64,000 nucleotides of DNA from Octopus vulgaris (Eukaryota), in NCBI GenBank assembly GCA_951406725.2, contig OX597831.1, forward strand, positions 23,436,001-23,500,000. Reading direction: 5' to 3'. The notes beneath the pieces are model-generated. The model ran no database searches and was not told the origin of the DNA. It saw only the letters and a list, made by a program, of their open reading frames with translations. Of the stretch, positions 1 to 13,036 are shown one piece after another. Numbering within the stretch: the first letter of the stretch is position 1; every line of letters begins with the position of its first letter. A program made the translations under genes and the position numbers.

Positions 1-29
1 TATGCTGGATCAAAGTTAAAGGGTAAAGC

Positions 30-340
30 TCCACTTTTAGTCATGAATGACCATGGGATTGCACCTAAAAGGTTAGCCTCCAAGGCACAAACCCAGGCAA
101 GGTTGTTTGTGGAAGACCAGCAGTCGCCCATGCATACCAGCTTCCTCTCTCCATGCCAAGGGAAATCAAAAGCTGATACAGCATGGCACCAGTGACGTCA
201 CAACTCATTTCTACCGCCAAGTGGACTGCCGCAATGTGAAATAAAGTGTCTTACTCAAGAACACAATACACAGACCAGTCCCAGAATCAAACTCACTACC
301 TCATGATTGTGAGCCTGATGCTTTAACCACTGAACCATGC
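30..340 (-). mobile_element. tRNA-derived SINE, family B (older copy; last 8 nt of head displaced to 698-705)
   Basis: Colinear with 341-684, 1197-1501, 19424-19740 and 31810-32110. Minus strand shows A/B-box-like head and a CORE-like block (gtgttcttgagtaagacactttatttcac...). Confidence 0.85.
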
Positions 341-684
341 TTTTTTTTTCTACCCCCTTCGGTCATGAATGACCATGGGATTGCACCTAGAAAGTTACCC
401 TCCTAGACACAGGACCGGGCAAGGTTGTTTATGGAAGACCAGCAGCCACCCATGCATACCGGCCTCCCCTCTCCACGCCACCAGTGTTATCCAAGGGAAA
501 TACAAAGGTCGATACAGCTTGGCACCAGTGACGTCGCAACTCATTTCTACAGCTGAGTGAACTGGAGCAACGTGAAATAAAGTGCCTTGCTCAAGAACAC
601 AACACGCAGCCTGGTCCGGGATTCGAGCTCACAACCTCACGATCGTAAGCTCGATGCTCTTACCACTGAGCCATGCGCCTTCAC
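341..684 (-). mobile_element. tRNA-derived CORE-like SINE, family B (young full copy)
   Basis: Minus strand: tggctcagtgg (A box), ctcgaatccc (B-box-like), CORE-like cttgagcaaggcactttatttcacgttgctccagttcactcagctgtagaaatgag, A-tail. Flanked by 11-bp TSD ctgaaccatgc (330-340, 687-697). Confidence 0.9.
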
Positions 685-1196
685 TTCTGAACCATGCACC
701 TTCACAATAAAAAAATATACCGGAAGAAAATCATGAAGAATAGAAAGATATAAAAATGCATAATTAAAGAGACTGATTAATTTTATATTAGAGAAGAACA
801 GCAGGTCAATTCATTGCCCAAAAATCAGGACACAAATATATAAATACAATACAGTATAAAAAAATATGATAATATAAAAAAAAATATAATTATTGTTATT
901 TATTAGAATGGTCATCTTTTGTCAATAAAACACATATTATTTATTTGATCTTCCCTTTATTATCTCTCTTTATTGCCCGCAGGTGGTGGATAAACAAGAG
1001 GGGACAAACAAAGGGTTTAAGTTGATTACATCGGCCCCAAAATCTGTCTTCGGGATATGCCAGCAGTGTATCACCAACTGCAGTTGATGTCCCATTTTTT
1101 TTTTTTTCTTTTTTCTCCTTTTATAGGAGTGGCTGTTATAACAAAAAAAATATGTATAGAAAAAAGTTACAAGTTTATTATAGATCTCACCTTATA

Positions 1197-1501
1197 TACT
1201 GCATGGCTTAGTGGTTAAAGGGGCTGGGCTCATAATCTTGAGGCAGTGAGTTTGATTCCCAGACTAGGCTGCATGACACTTTATTTCATGTTGCTCCAGT
1301 TCACTCAGCCATAGAAATGAGTTGTGACAGCCAAGCTGTATCAGCCTTTGCCTTTCCCTTGGATAACACCAGTGGCATGGAGAGAGGAGACTTTTATGCA
1401 TGGGTGACTCCTGGTCTTCCATAAACAAAATTGCCCAGACTTGTGCCTCGGAGGGGAACTTACTAGGTGCAATCTCATGGTCATTCATGACTGAAGGGGG
1501 G
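1197..1501 (+). mobile_element. SINE family B
   Basis: Reverse complement of 341-684: gcatggcttagtggttaa ... catggtcattcatgactgaaggggg. Confidence 0.88.
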
Positions 1502-1731
1502 TCCTTTATAAAGATTTACGTACTTGTGTGTGTTTGTGCGTGTGTGTATTTTATTTAAAAGCTTACACTCCAATCCTTTGAAGTCCTGGTTATCCTCAGA
1601 CAGCTGAGGATGGCCAGTGGTTAAATCAAATCTTTAGATAAACATGGAAATTTACTCTCATATTTTGTCTGGAGTACTGTTTATGGAAGTAACACATTTC
1701 ATTTGACCTAAATTTAGTGAAGTAAACATTT

Positions 1732-1823
1732 AATGTGTGTGTATGTGCATACATATATACATATATTTATATATATATATAAGTGTTTGTGTGTGTGTAT
1801 ATACATATATATGTATATATTTG

Positions 1824-1866
<43 letters not shown>

Positions 1867-1924
1867 ATATATATATAGATAGAAATAGATACATAGATAT
1901 GTATGTTTGTATGTGTGAGTGTGT
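1732..1924. repeat. (TA)n/(TG)n compound microsatellite
   Basis: Direct reading. Many similar tracts occur, e.g. 8630-8995, 12070-12665, 28368-28620, 30905-31222, 38740-39400, 39700-40070. Confidence 0.95.
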
Positions 1925-2476
1925 AGTGGAGAATTCCTGTCTGAGGAAACGTACATCTACCTACATGCGATGAAGAATATTTCGACAACATATTGCTTTC
2001 TAAAAGATCGATTCTTGTATTCTTCTTTGGAAGTAAAAATAGATGACTGTTTTGCAAGAAAATCACTCTTATTGCTGTGAGGTGTTGCAGCAGCAACAAC
2101 ACCAATGCCAACATCACCAATAAGAAAATAAAAAAAAAATAATATCTAAGTACAGAAGTTTTCTCTCTGAATTTTTTTTTTTTTTTTTCTCAGAGGAAAA
2201 GTTTTCAAAAAAAAAAATTAAAACTCCAACATGAATCATGACAAACAAAGAGTTAACATTTAATTCTTGTCTTTTTTTTTTTTTTTCTCCTTTTAAGAAA
2301 AAATTTATATTTATCGTATCTTTCATTTGTCTGACATATTGTTGACACAAGAACAATATTGATAATTAACCTAGAATAGAAACTGTGATAAACATGTTTC
2401 TCACCATTTCATAATGAATTTTTCTAATTTATTACCTTATTTCCCCATAGTATCAAGACCATCTAGGTAGTTGTTT

Positions 2477-2514
<38 letters not shown>

Positions 2515-4097
2515 TTGGTCACTCTACGCAATTGAACTAACCACTGCATATTTGCTCTGTGTCTGATAAACAATTGGATATTTAAGAGAACTGTTTGGAG
2601 ACTTTTGCTTTTATATGCCTTGAGTTAAAATGAGTACACGAGTTCTAATCAACTGCAAGCATTTTGTTCTGTTTATTATAATCAGAATAATTTATTCTAC
2701 GTTGCATCTCTTCCTTGATCAAACATTTGGGAATAAGAATGAGATTACGAGCAGTATGTTGCCTGCAGTAGATTGGCTTTCTATCCAGAAGAATGATTTA
2801 TTTCTTATCAATTTATTGCCTTGCAACAACAGCCAAGTGCTGATCTGTAAAAGCTATGACCAGAGCTTAAGAGATATTTGCATTATTGTTATAAGTCAGT
2901 TTGGCTGATGTCATCTTCCACCAAGTTATATTATTCGAAGAGTTTGAGGAATTCAGTGGTGCTGCAGGCTAAGGAAACACAGAACAAAGTTATTGTGCTC
3001 CTGTCTGTTTAGTGATGAACTGTTTTGTATAATTATATTTATTCAGAGTTAAGTGGACTGGGTCAGCTATGCCAAGCCTGTCTGTCTACTTCTAGGCTGG
3101 TAATCAATCTTTGTGTTGACTTCGTTATATACAACTACAGTTACACACACATATATATGTGGACTTTCCTAAACTACCGTTTACGTATCTTAACTAATAG
3201 TATGTTGCAAATTAAAGACTGTGACTCAGCTGGTTAGAATAAAAGAGCTAAGTTCCTTTCAATCATATCACTACAGAATCACGTTTAATGTATTATGATA
3301 TGAGCCAACAAATGAGCCGAGCCTCTACATGGTCACTGGATCTGCTAGAAATGTTAGCCAAATCTTTCTCACATTATATACAACCTTGTTTAATAAAGAC
3401 AGAACACAATACAGTATAAAGTAGTCCTAGTTCCTCAATGTTTGAGAGAATGATGGGATGATCATGGTTGGAATGCCTTTGATCTTAGGATGTTTTGTCA
3501 GGGCAGACTTCAGATTACACAAGAAAATCTTACTGCAATATTTCACTGTTTATATACCTGGAGTTTTTGATATGGATTAACCTCAGTTCCTTTGCCTTTT
3601 ATCATTGATATTTTCACTTTGGTAGTTCCAGTGGCAAAAAGCCACTGTGAATAGCTAATGAATGTCCAGAGCAATGATGTAAACAAATATGACAAAATGA
3701 AATAATTATAATAATCATACAAATACAAAAAAAAAATAAAGAAAAGCCACGTAGCTGCCAGGCAGATGAACATGGGGTAATGCAAAAGAAAATGAAAATG
3801 TGCTGTAGGACTAGAGATGAGAGAGGGTCAGATGGAAAGTCTGGATGAAGGAAGAAGCAAGCAAACTGTGTGGGAAAAAGATGCAGGAGTGCAAAGAAGC
3901 ATGACTGATCTGGTCAACAGCAAAACTGAAAAAAGGATGAGAGAGGTTTAGATGGTCACGGGTCATGTGGTAGTGGGAGGAGAGAGAAAAAGTCATGAAG
4001 AGCAGTGGGACAGAAGCAACAGAGAAATATATATATGATGGGCTTCTTTCAGTTTCTGTCTACCTAATCCACTCACAAAGCTTTTTTATTTATACTA

Positions 4098-4462
4098 TTT
4101 ACATTTGACAGATATTTGCCCTCATCTTGTTTGTTGTTAACACAACGTTTCGGCTGATATATCCTCCAGCCTTCTTCAGGTGTCTTTGGGAAATTTCGAA
4201 CCTGGGTTCTCATTCCTAAGGTATTTTTCGTTATTATGATTATTATTATTATTATTATTATTCAGGTCACTGTTTGGAATTGAAGTCGGAATCTTGGGGT
4301 TAGTAGCCTGCACTCTTTTAACCACTATGCCATATGCCCATGGGCATATGGCATAGTGGCTGGAGGGTATATCAGCCAAAACGTTGTGTTAACAACAAAC
4401 AAGATGAGGACAAATATCCTTCAAATGTAAAGAAGGTACATAATTCCTCATCTCTTAAATAT
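4098..4462. mobile_element. Head-to-head inverted pair of a tRNA-headed, hammerhead-bearing short element
   Basis: Inverted repeat 4098-4171 vs 4358-4431 and a perfect 38-bp palindrome at 4322-4359. Minus copy reads: A box tggcatagtgg, degenerate B box, (AAT)n, then HHR tail. A second family copy lies at 13355-13750. Confidence 0.75.
4139..4184 (-). ncRNA. Minimal type I hammerhead ribozyme motif (PLE-type)
   Basis: Minus strand: gacac-CTGAAGA-a-ggctg-gaggatatat-cagcc-GAAACGTT-gtgtt. Helix I gacac/gtgtt, helix II 5 bp, no helix III (palindromic ACGU). Confidence 0.8.
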
Positions 4463-5235
4463 ACTTGCTCAAGGTGTCATGCCGTGGGACTGAACTCGGA
4501 ACCATGTGGCTGGAAAGCAAGTTTCTTACCACACAGCCACGCCAGCAGCTATGTATAAGTATGAAAGTAAAACAGGAACATTTCAAGTTGTAAACACGGA
4601 ATAGTTTATGTGTAACTTTATGAGAATATCGTGAAAAACAAAGTTTTCTGGGGTTGTTTTTCCACTCCAATTAGAAAGATGAAAGTACTTTTAAGTTTTA
4701 GACAAGATTAAAGATGTTATAAGAACGTGAAATAAGCCATCTTCTTATCTCTATCATTTATACACCAGTCAAAATAATTTAGCCCATTCATGGAAAAAAA
4801 AAAAAAAAGAGGAAAGAGAGAGAGAGAAAAAAAAAAGTCCAAGAATTGCAGAGATCAACTTAAAACTTCACAACATTTATTAATAGGATATCAGTCTACG
4901 GATTTAGCTATAAGTCATTGTAGAATGCAAGGAAGCAGCATTTGTTATGGGCTAGAATGAAGCTAATATAACAGCTTGGTGAAACGGCTACCAGATTTAT
5001 GTCAGGAAGAAAGAGAGAGGAAGAGAGAGAGGGAGAGAGAGACAGACAAAAGCAGGCGAGGGGGGTAGCTGTTCAGTAGTGCAAACAGGGATATATATGA
5101 CTTAATCTCTGAATTACAGTTTAGAATTGTAGAAGTCTTTCTTTTTTTTTTTTTTTTAATCTCTAATGCTTTCATTTTAGTCTTGAATTTTATTGATCAT
5201 AAATACATTTTTGGAAAATTTTAGAAACCTCTGTA

Positions 5236-5970
5236 TTCTTCTTCTTCTTCTTCTTCTTCTTCTTCTTCTTCTTCTTCTTCTTCTTCTTCTTCTTCTTCTT
5301 CATCATCATCATTTCTTCTTCCCCTCTTGCATTCTGCTCCTCCTCCCCCGCCTCCTCCTCCCCTCCCCTCTTCTTCTTCACCCTCCTCTCTTCCCTTTCG
5401 AATCCTGCTCCTCCTCTTCTTCATCATTTCTTCTTTTTCTTCTTCTTCTTCGCCCTCCTCACTCCCCCTCTTACATCCTGCTCCTCCTCTTCTTCATCCT
5501 TTCTTCTTCTTCTTCTTCTTCATCATCATTTCTTCTTCCCCTCTCGCATTCTGCTCCTCCTCCTTTTCCTCTTCTTATTCTTATTCTTCTTCTTCGCCCT
5601 CCTCTCTTCCTCTCTTGCATCCTGCTCCTGCTCCTTCTCCTCTTCATTATTTCTTCTTCTCTCACATCTTGCTCTTCTTCTTCATCATTTCTTCTTCCCT
5701 GCTTGCATCCTGCTCCTCCTCCTCCTCTTCTTCTACTCCTTCTCCTTCTCTTCGCCCTCCTCTCTTCCCCTCTTGCATCCTGCTCCTTCTCCTCCTTCTT
5801 CATTTCTTCTTCTTCATCATTTCTTTTTCTTCTTCCTCATCATCATCATTTCTTCTTCTTCTTCATCATCATCATCATTTCTTCTTCTTCTTCATTTCTT
5901 CTTCTTCTTCTTCTTCTTCTTCTTCTTCTTCTTCTTCTTCTTCTTCTTCTTCTTCTTCTTCATCATCATC
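5236..5970. repeat. (CTT)n/(CCT)n/(CAT)n polypyrimidine low-complexity tract with higher-order units
   Basis: Pure (CTT)n at both ends and a recurring internal unit catcatttcttcttcccctcttgcatcctgctcctcctc. Confidence 0.9.
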
Positions 5971-6357
5971 TTTCAGTCCTATGAGTTCTTTTTTCTATTC
6001 TAACTTTTTGTTCTAGTTTCCTTATTTCGCCTTCTCCATCCTCATCACCATCTCCTTCTCATTTTCTGCCTGGTTGTTTATGCTGTTCTTGTTGCTGTTT
6101 CTTACCTTCACAAAGCATCTTTTTTTCCCAATTCTGCCAATTTTCCAAATTAGGATGATATTTTTTTTGTAATTTGTTTATGATCAATTCAACAGCATAA
6201 ATACATACTAAGTGAAAAAAAAAAAAAAGAGAGAAGACATTTTGAAAAACGTTTTCTGTAAGTCTGACACTCAACACGAACATGTCAACAAAACAAGCCT
6301 CCAAAACAGGCAAAAGAACCCTCCTGGCTTTTGCACAGAAAAGGCACAAAAGTTCAA

Positions 6358-6578
6358 CCCTTTCGTTACTGTATTTATTTTGAGATGCTCTGTGTTTCTT
6401 TCAATTGATTTTAAATATAACGAAGAATTTAGTAAAATAATTTTGTTATCATTCAGCTAGTGTTAGGAACATAAATTGTGACTAAGGTTTGGTGGAAGAT
6501 TTTAATTCAAAACTTATGAAAACAAGATATTTGTACTCAGAGCCAGAGCCGGTTTCAGCCGGGTTGGTAACAAAAGGG
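6358..6578. mobile_element. piggyBac-like TTAA MITE
   Basis: TIRs ccctttcgttac / gtaacaaaaggg, flanked by tcaa (6354-6357) and ttaa (6579-6582). Confidence 0.75.
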
Positions 6579-6867
6579 TTAAGTAAACATATTGAAGAAA
6601 ATACTATCATTTTTGCAAAAAACAATGATAATTCCTGTATGTCTGTTATAAAGTTCTTAATCCTTTGCTTGTCCTGTGTTTCACATGTGATACATGGGAC
6701 ATATTTCTTTGAAACTCATGTATCCTATGTGATAAACATTTCCAGTTTTTTTTTGTTGTTGTTTTCATATGCTGTATTCAATTGGGATTTACATATGGCA
6801 TGTTTTATATCAATCAGAGCCTGTATGAAACAAGGGATGATAACTAAAAGTCTGGAAACAAGCATTT

Positions 6868-7068
6868 GTCATCATCATCATCATCATCACCCTCATCATC
6901 ATCATTGTTGTCATCATCACCGTCATGATCACCATCATCACCATTGTCATCCTCATCATCAGCATCAGCAGCAGCAGCATCGTTATCGTCATCAGCGTCA
7001 GCATCATCATCATCATCATCAACATCATCATCATCATCATCATTGTTGTTGTTGTCATCGCCATCATC

Positions 7069-7109
<41 letters not shown>

Positions 7110-7152
7110 TGTTGTTGTTGTCATCGCCATCATCTTCATCATCATCATCATC
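6868..7152. repeat. (CAT)n-based compound trinucleotide repeat
   Basis: Direct reading. Source of the poly-H/D/M ORFs. Confidence 0.95.
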
Positions 7153-7979
7153 TGATAAGTCAGAAGATTGCGCCAAGCCCTATATTCTACTTTGGCATTG
7201 GTTTCTATGGTCAGACGAATATTTTCCTTGCCAAATAAAGAAATGAGTGCACATGCCAATAGTTTCACATTTGTCTGCAACAACAGGCAAATTTTGAATA
7301 CGAACATGTCCAAGAAAATATATATTGGCAAAATTTTGTAACAAAATTAAATGCCAGTCTACTGGACATTTTTATTTAATAAGAAAGGAAGAAAAAGTGG
7401 GACAATCTCCTATGCATTACAAAAAGCATTTTCCTCTTGGCCACAAATATACAAATATAAACCTACTGCAACTGATGGGTGGGGTACTATTTCCTTTATG
7501 GAACAAGTAAAGTCCCTTGGAACCATGTGACTGATGTTTGCAATGTGGCAAGCCACTTTAATAAATTGCATATCTGGCAATATGTGCATGTCAGGATACT
7601 TAGGTTGATTAGATTGAGGGCCACAATCAAATATTTGTAACAATGTCATTTTTGTGTTTCGAAGTCATTTTTGTAGTACATATGGACGGGTGGTGAGTGC
7701 TGATGTGACTAGGAAGCTATATAAATGGAGGTACATTATAGATTCGCACAAAACCTACGGTTATATTCATCTATCCATCTATTTATCTACTTTTTTCTAT
7801 CTATCTATCTTTCTATCCATCCATCCTTCCGTCTGTCCATCATTCCGTCTCTCTCTCTCTATCTATCTGTCCATCTGTCAGTTTTTCTATATTTATTTTC
7901 ATATCTGTCCCTCTCTCTCTCTCTCTATCTGTTGGCCTACCTGTCAGTCTATCTATCTTTACATAAAGAGTACTACTTT

Positions 7980-8282
7980 TAGCCGAGCAAATCTATCCCA
8001 GGACTTAATTTTTGTAAGCCTAATACTTATTCTAATGGTCTCTTTTACTGTGGATCTAAGTTACATGGATATAAGCATCCCAACATTGGTTGTCAAGCAA
8101 TGATGGTGGGTGGCAAACACAGACACACAAACATATACATACATATATATATATACATGATGGACTTCTTTCAGTTTCTGTCTACTAAATCCACTCACAA
8201 GGCTTCGGTTACCCCAAAGTGCCACACAGTGGGGGGGAACTCTGAACCTTGTTGGGAATCAAGTATCTTATCACACAGCCAC
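7980..8282 (-). mobile_element. SINE family A (internally deleted)
   Basis: Tail part 7980-8125, internal microsatellite, head part 8157-8282; matches 60945-61347. Confidence 0.75.
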
Positions 8283-8314
8283 TATATATACATATATCTA
8301 CACACACATATATA

Positions 8315-8630
8315 TCATCATCATCATCATCGTTTAACGTCCGTTTTCCATGCTAGAATGGGTTGGATGGTTCAGCTGGGGTCTGGGAAGCCAGAAGGCT
8401 GCACCAGGCCCAGTCTGATCTGGCAGTGTTTCTACAGCTGGATGCCCTTCCTAATGCCAACCAGTCCGTGAGTGTAGTGGGTGCTTTTTATGTGCCACCT
8501 GCACAGGTGCCAGACGAGGCTGACAAACGGCCACGATCGGATGGTGCTTTTTACATGCCACCAGCATGGGGGGGGGGGGCCAGACAAGGCTGGCAATGGC
8601 CACAATCGGATGGTGCTTTTTATGTGCCAT
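8315..8630 (-). mobile_element. SINE-like family C with (GAT)n tail and tandem 5' subrepeats
   Basis: (cat)n-cgtttaacgtcc...gctgcaccagg...tttctacagctggatgcccttcctaatgccaacc...ggtgctttttatgtgcca, shared with 22757, 35536 and 51453. Confidence 0.85.
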
Positions 8631-8662
8631 ATATAAATGTAAGTTGTGTGTGTCTATGTGCT

Positions 8663-8697
<35 letters not shown>

Positions 8698-8737
8698 AAA
8701 TATAAGTTTTGAGTGTGTATATATTTATATATATCTT

Positions 8738-8769
<32 letters not shown>

Positions 8770-8856
8770 TATAAATGTAAGTTGTATGTGTATGAGTGTG
8801 TGTGTACATACATTTATATATTAAGTTGTGTGTGTGTATATATATATAATATATAC

Positions 8857-8907
<51 letters not shown>

Positions 8908-11257
8908 ATATACATACATATATATATATATAAATATAAGTTGTGTGTGTGTGTGTATATGTATATATATATATAAAAATGTGTCTATATATGTATCTCA
9001 TACATAAATATTTAGGATATGTAGTGGTCCATGATATCTTCTAAATATTTTCTTAAACTTCCTTTCGATTACCTCCACTATGTTGGTTATTTTTCTTTTA
9101 AATATTTTAGTTCTTCCTTCTGTACTTTTTCACCCTAAGTTTGTGTGTGCATGTGTCTCTTTGTGTGTGTCTATTAGATGAGTAACAAACATTTTTTGAA
9201 ATAACAGCAGTAGTATTTAGAAACAGCTGTAGTTTTTATTGCATGAACGATTCTGAGCCTTCGTGAAACCAATATTCCTGATTGGAAATCATTCATGCAA
9301 AGAAAAAATGATTTTTTCTCCTTTTCCGAAATTTACTTTTTTACTTGATATCTAATTCCATTTCCCCCACCCTGATTTTTTTTTTTTTTTTCAAAAAGAA
9401 GAGAGCGAATAAGAATAAATTCTAAATGGGTTGGAAGCGACAAGCTTCGGTAAATTTTGGCATATAGTTTGAAGACATTGCTTGGAGAATTCTTGATATT
9501 TGCTGTAAAGAAATAAAGAATAAAATTTTAAAAAATATAACGCAAGAAATGTTTAAGAAAGGATGATCTATTTATAGAAAATAACATATTGAAAAATGTT
9601 TAGTCTCATAATCAGATCTGTTAAATGAAGCAGCAGTGCCTGATATTCTGGTTCCGAATTCATCCGTATGGTACACGTTTTTGAATAATGGTCTGCTTGA
9701 TGCAAAAGACACCATCATTAAAGAAAAATTCTAAATGTTTTGGTGTCTTTTTATGCTGGTTTTGTAGAAATGATTATCTACTTTGCTGTATTGTAGGGTG
9801 ATATTAAGGAAGTTTTGCTGTTATTTTTTAGGAAGTGAAGCAGCTATGTAGAGCAGGGGTTTCAAATATAGCCTGTGTGCCAGATCCAGTTGACAATGTT
9901 TAGCCCAGCACCTGGATCAATTTTATATAAAAAAAAAAATTATGAATTATCAACTTTTAAGTCTAAAATATTCTCTGCATTGCCTACATTCAGCACGTAT
10001 TCAAAGCCAGAGCTGAATTACAGAGGATTAGCACCAGTTCTAATTAGTTAAATCTGTGTTTCTGAAGGAATCTTTTGCTTTTTTTTCAACAATTGAGAAA
10101 GAAGCCTAAAAATCACTATCGTCAAAGATGTAACTTATTTCCTCTTCACTTTCACTGTACAAACTAAGCCAAGTCGAATTGTTTTCCATATAAAAAGTCA
10201 TGCATGTGATCCACTAATATAAATGATGCTGGATGGTTTTGTGTCTGAAACAGAGGAGGCTTTCTGTTTAGCTTTGGTCTTCTCGGGAACTGTATGTGAA
10301 ATCAGAGAAAGAAATAGTCATTTGAATAATTCCTATCTCTGATCTCACTATTTTGGTTGGACTGTACACACACACACACATACACACACAAATGCGTATA
10401 TATATAAATATAAATATATATATAAATATATCATACAAATGAGTTACTTTCATATCACTATGGAAAATAAGTAATATACTAACACCTCATACTCTTATTT
10501 TACCTTATTGTTAATGAAGTTATTATAATGTATATTAACCTCTTGATGCATTTACTTTGGTGTACATCATGAATAAGGACTTTAGGGTTACTTGCCCCTA
10601 TCTGGCCAATTTAGATTATGCTTCCTTCTGGCCTGCTAAGACAAATGATTTTGATATACTTAAGGTAGAGACTGCCTAATTGGCTTAATACATCGTTAGG
10701 TAATGAGAGCTGTGCTGTTTTCTGACTTTGTAAACATGTCCACGGGTGTTAGACAGGTGGAGTTTGAAAAGGTGTTTAGAGTTATTGTTTGTAAGATGGT
10801 TAATAATTTTATGGGTGTCTGCCAAGTCAGCTGCAAGACGTCAGAGTTTCGATGTATCCATGCCCAGGGAAGTAAGGCATTCAGAATATAGCGAATGCCT
10901 GATGGAGGGTATTCTCTGTTGTGTTGGACTTTGTTTATTAAATAGAAGACATGACGTTTGATAATGAGCCAAACTGCAACAGTTTCTTTTTCAACAAATC
11001 TATGAATGTTTTTCAATCAAATTTTGAAAAGTTAAAAAGAAAAACAATTGCGATTATTAGTTTTGCAAGGTGAGAAAAACTAGCATTTTATGTCTCTTCT
11101 TTCTTCTCAACCATTTTTTTAATAAAAAAAAAAAACTTCATTTAATAATTTCATAACTGCTTGAATTAATGTTCATCATTTTCTAAATGTCTTGCATTTA
11201 ATCTTTGCAAAGGGAATCCATGAAGTAATATTTAGAACTTCTAAGAAGAGAATAATT

Positions 11258-11283
11258 TATTATTATTATTTTTATTATTATTA

Positions 11284-11336
<53 letters not shown>

Positions 11337-11340
11337 GTTA

Positions 11341-11413
<73 letters not shown>

Positions 11414-11437
11414 ATTGTTGTTGTTGTTGATATTATT
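11258..11437. repeat. (ATT)n microsatellite
   Basis: Direct reading. Similar tracts at 21321-21548 and 60125-60320. Confidence 0.95.
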
Positions 11438-12117
11438 AAAGCAGAATGTTCATAGAATTTACTGGAATGAATTTCATGGCACACAATTTAGAGTAAGCTG
11501 CAATGTTATGTAATGTAATTTTATTCAAACAGATGAAAATTTCTTCTTTCTGAATTTTTTTTTTTTTTTTAGACATTTTATTTTTTTGAACTTTCGAAAA
11601 TATTTTCGAATTTTATTTTTTTATTACTTTCACAATTTTCTTTTTTTTTGTTATATATGATGTTCAAGCTAGCTTCAAATATTCCAGGGAACTATATGAA
11701 CCTCTTTCTAAGCTTATTAACTGATAGCATGTATTTATTAATTTTTTTTTGTTTTTTGGTTGTCTTTTCCCTTAAATATTTTTCATGTCCTTTCTGTTTT
11801 GTTATACAAAAAAAATGCGATTTTACTTTGAAATTGAAAATTATGATGATGATGATGATGATGAAGCTACTGCTGCTGCTGCTAGTAGTGTTGGTGGTGA
11901 TGATGATGATGGAGGAAGAAAGGGTGGTGGTGGTGGTGGTGGTGGTGGTGGAGCTGATGTGGTAGTGGAGAAACTTTTTTTTATATTTTAAATTTTATTT
12001 GGAAAAGCGGAGTTTCAGGTTGGATTAATTTAATATTTATGTAACTTGACTTAAATAGCTAAATCTGTTGAGCATATATATACTCATATATACATACATA
12101 CGCACATATATGCATAC

Positions 12118-12155
<38 letters not shown>

Positions 12156-12487
12156 GAATATATATATGTAAGTATATATATATATGTGTGCATGTGTGTA
12201 AATATATAAATACATAGATATAGAAACATATATATAGATATAAATATAGAAATATATATATATATAGATAGATATAGATATATAGAAATATATATATAGA
12301 TATAGATATATAAATATATATAGATATAGATATATAAGTATATATATATATATATAGATATATATAGATATATGAATATGTATATATATATATTTATATA
12401 TCTATATATATATATAAATATATATATACATATGTACATATATATATATATAAATATATATATATACATACGTACATATATACATAC

Positions 12488-12536
<49 letters not shown>

Positions 12537-13036
12537 AGTATATATTTGTGAGAGTCTGTATTAATGGGTGTATGTATATAAACATAAATGTATGTATTTG
12601 CATACATATATATATATGTATATGTACATATACATATACATGTGTGTGTGTGTATAGTGTGTATAACTCTTTAACTCTTTAACTTGCTTCAGGTTTAAAG
12701 CTATGTTATGCCAAGGTACCACCTTTGGCTGTGTTACACCTTCATTATTTGTAACCTCCTCTGGCTGCTGTGTCATTGTTTCTTTTTTCTTTGATATTGC
12801 TATTATTGTTATTATAGTTGGACATAGATGGTGCATTCATGGCTGTGTGGATAAGAACTTTGCTTACTAATCACATGATTTCAAATTCAATCCCAATGCA
12901 TAGCACCTTGGGCAAGTGCTTTGTGAGTGGATTTGTCAAACAGAAACTGATTTTAAATTCTCAAATGTAGGATAATGCTAATAATATAGACTGAACAGTA
13001 TAAGCTACCCCTATTTTTCAGAAAAAGGTGTTGGCA

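Larger units (their letters stand above)
4033..4543 (-). mobile_element. SINE family A head, split by the insertion at ~4090-4462
   Basis: 4033-4083 (gggcttctttcagtttctgtctacc...cacaaagcttt) and 4463-4543 (acttgctcaaggtgtcatgc...ccacacagccac) are consecutive parts of the family A head seen intact at 61200-61347. Confidence 0.8.

Noticed and set aside
341-684. SINE heads as functional tRNA genes
   Set aside because: They run into CORE-like bodies and tails, are multicopy and diverged, and lack intact acceptor stems.
2600-4000. Possible minus-strand LINE remnants (RT-like and CR1-tail-like words)
   Set aside because: Motif matches too weak to call without a profile search.
5190-7331. Long ORFs (263, 229, 249 aa) with poly-L/S/H/D
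   Set aside because: Translations of (CTT)n and (CAT)n repeats, open in several frames on both strands; no domain content.
10696-11016. 106-aa non-repetitive ORF
   Set aside because: No recognisable motif or convincing splice sites; possibly old LINE debris but unsupported.
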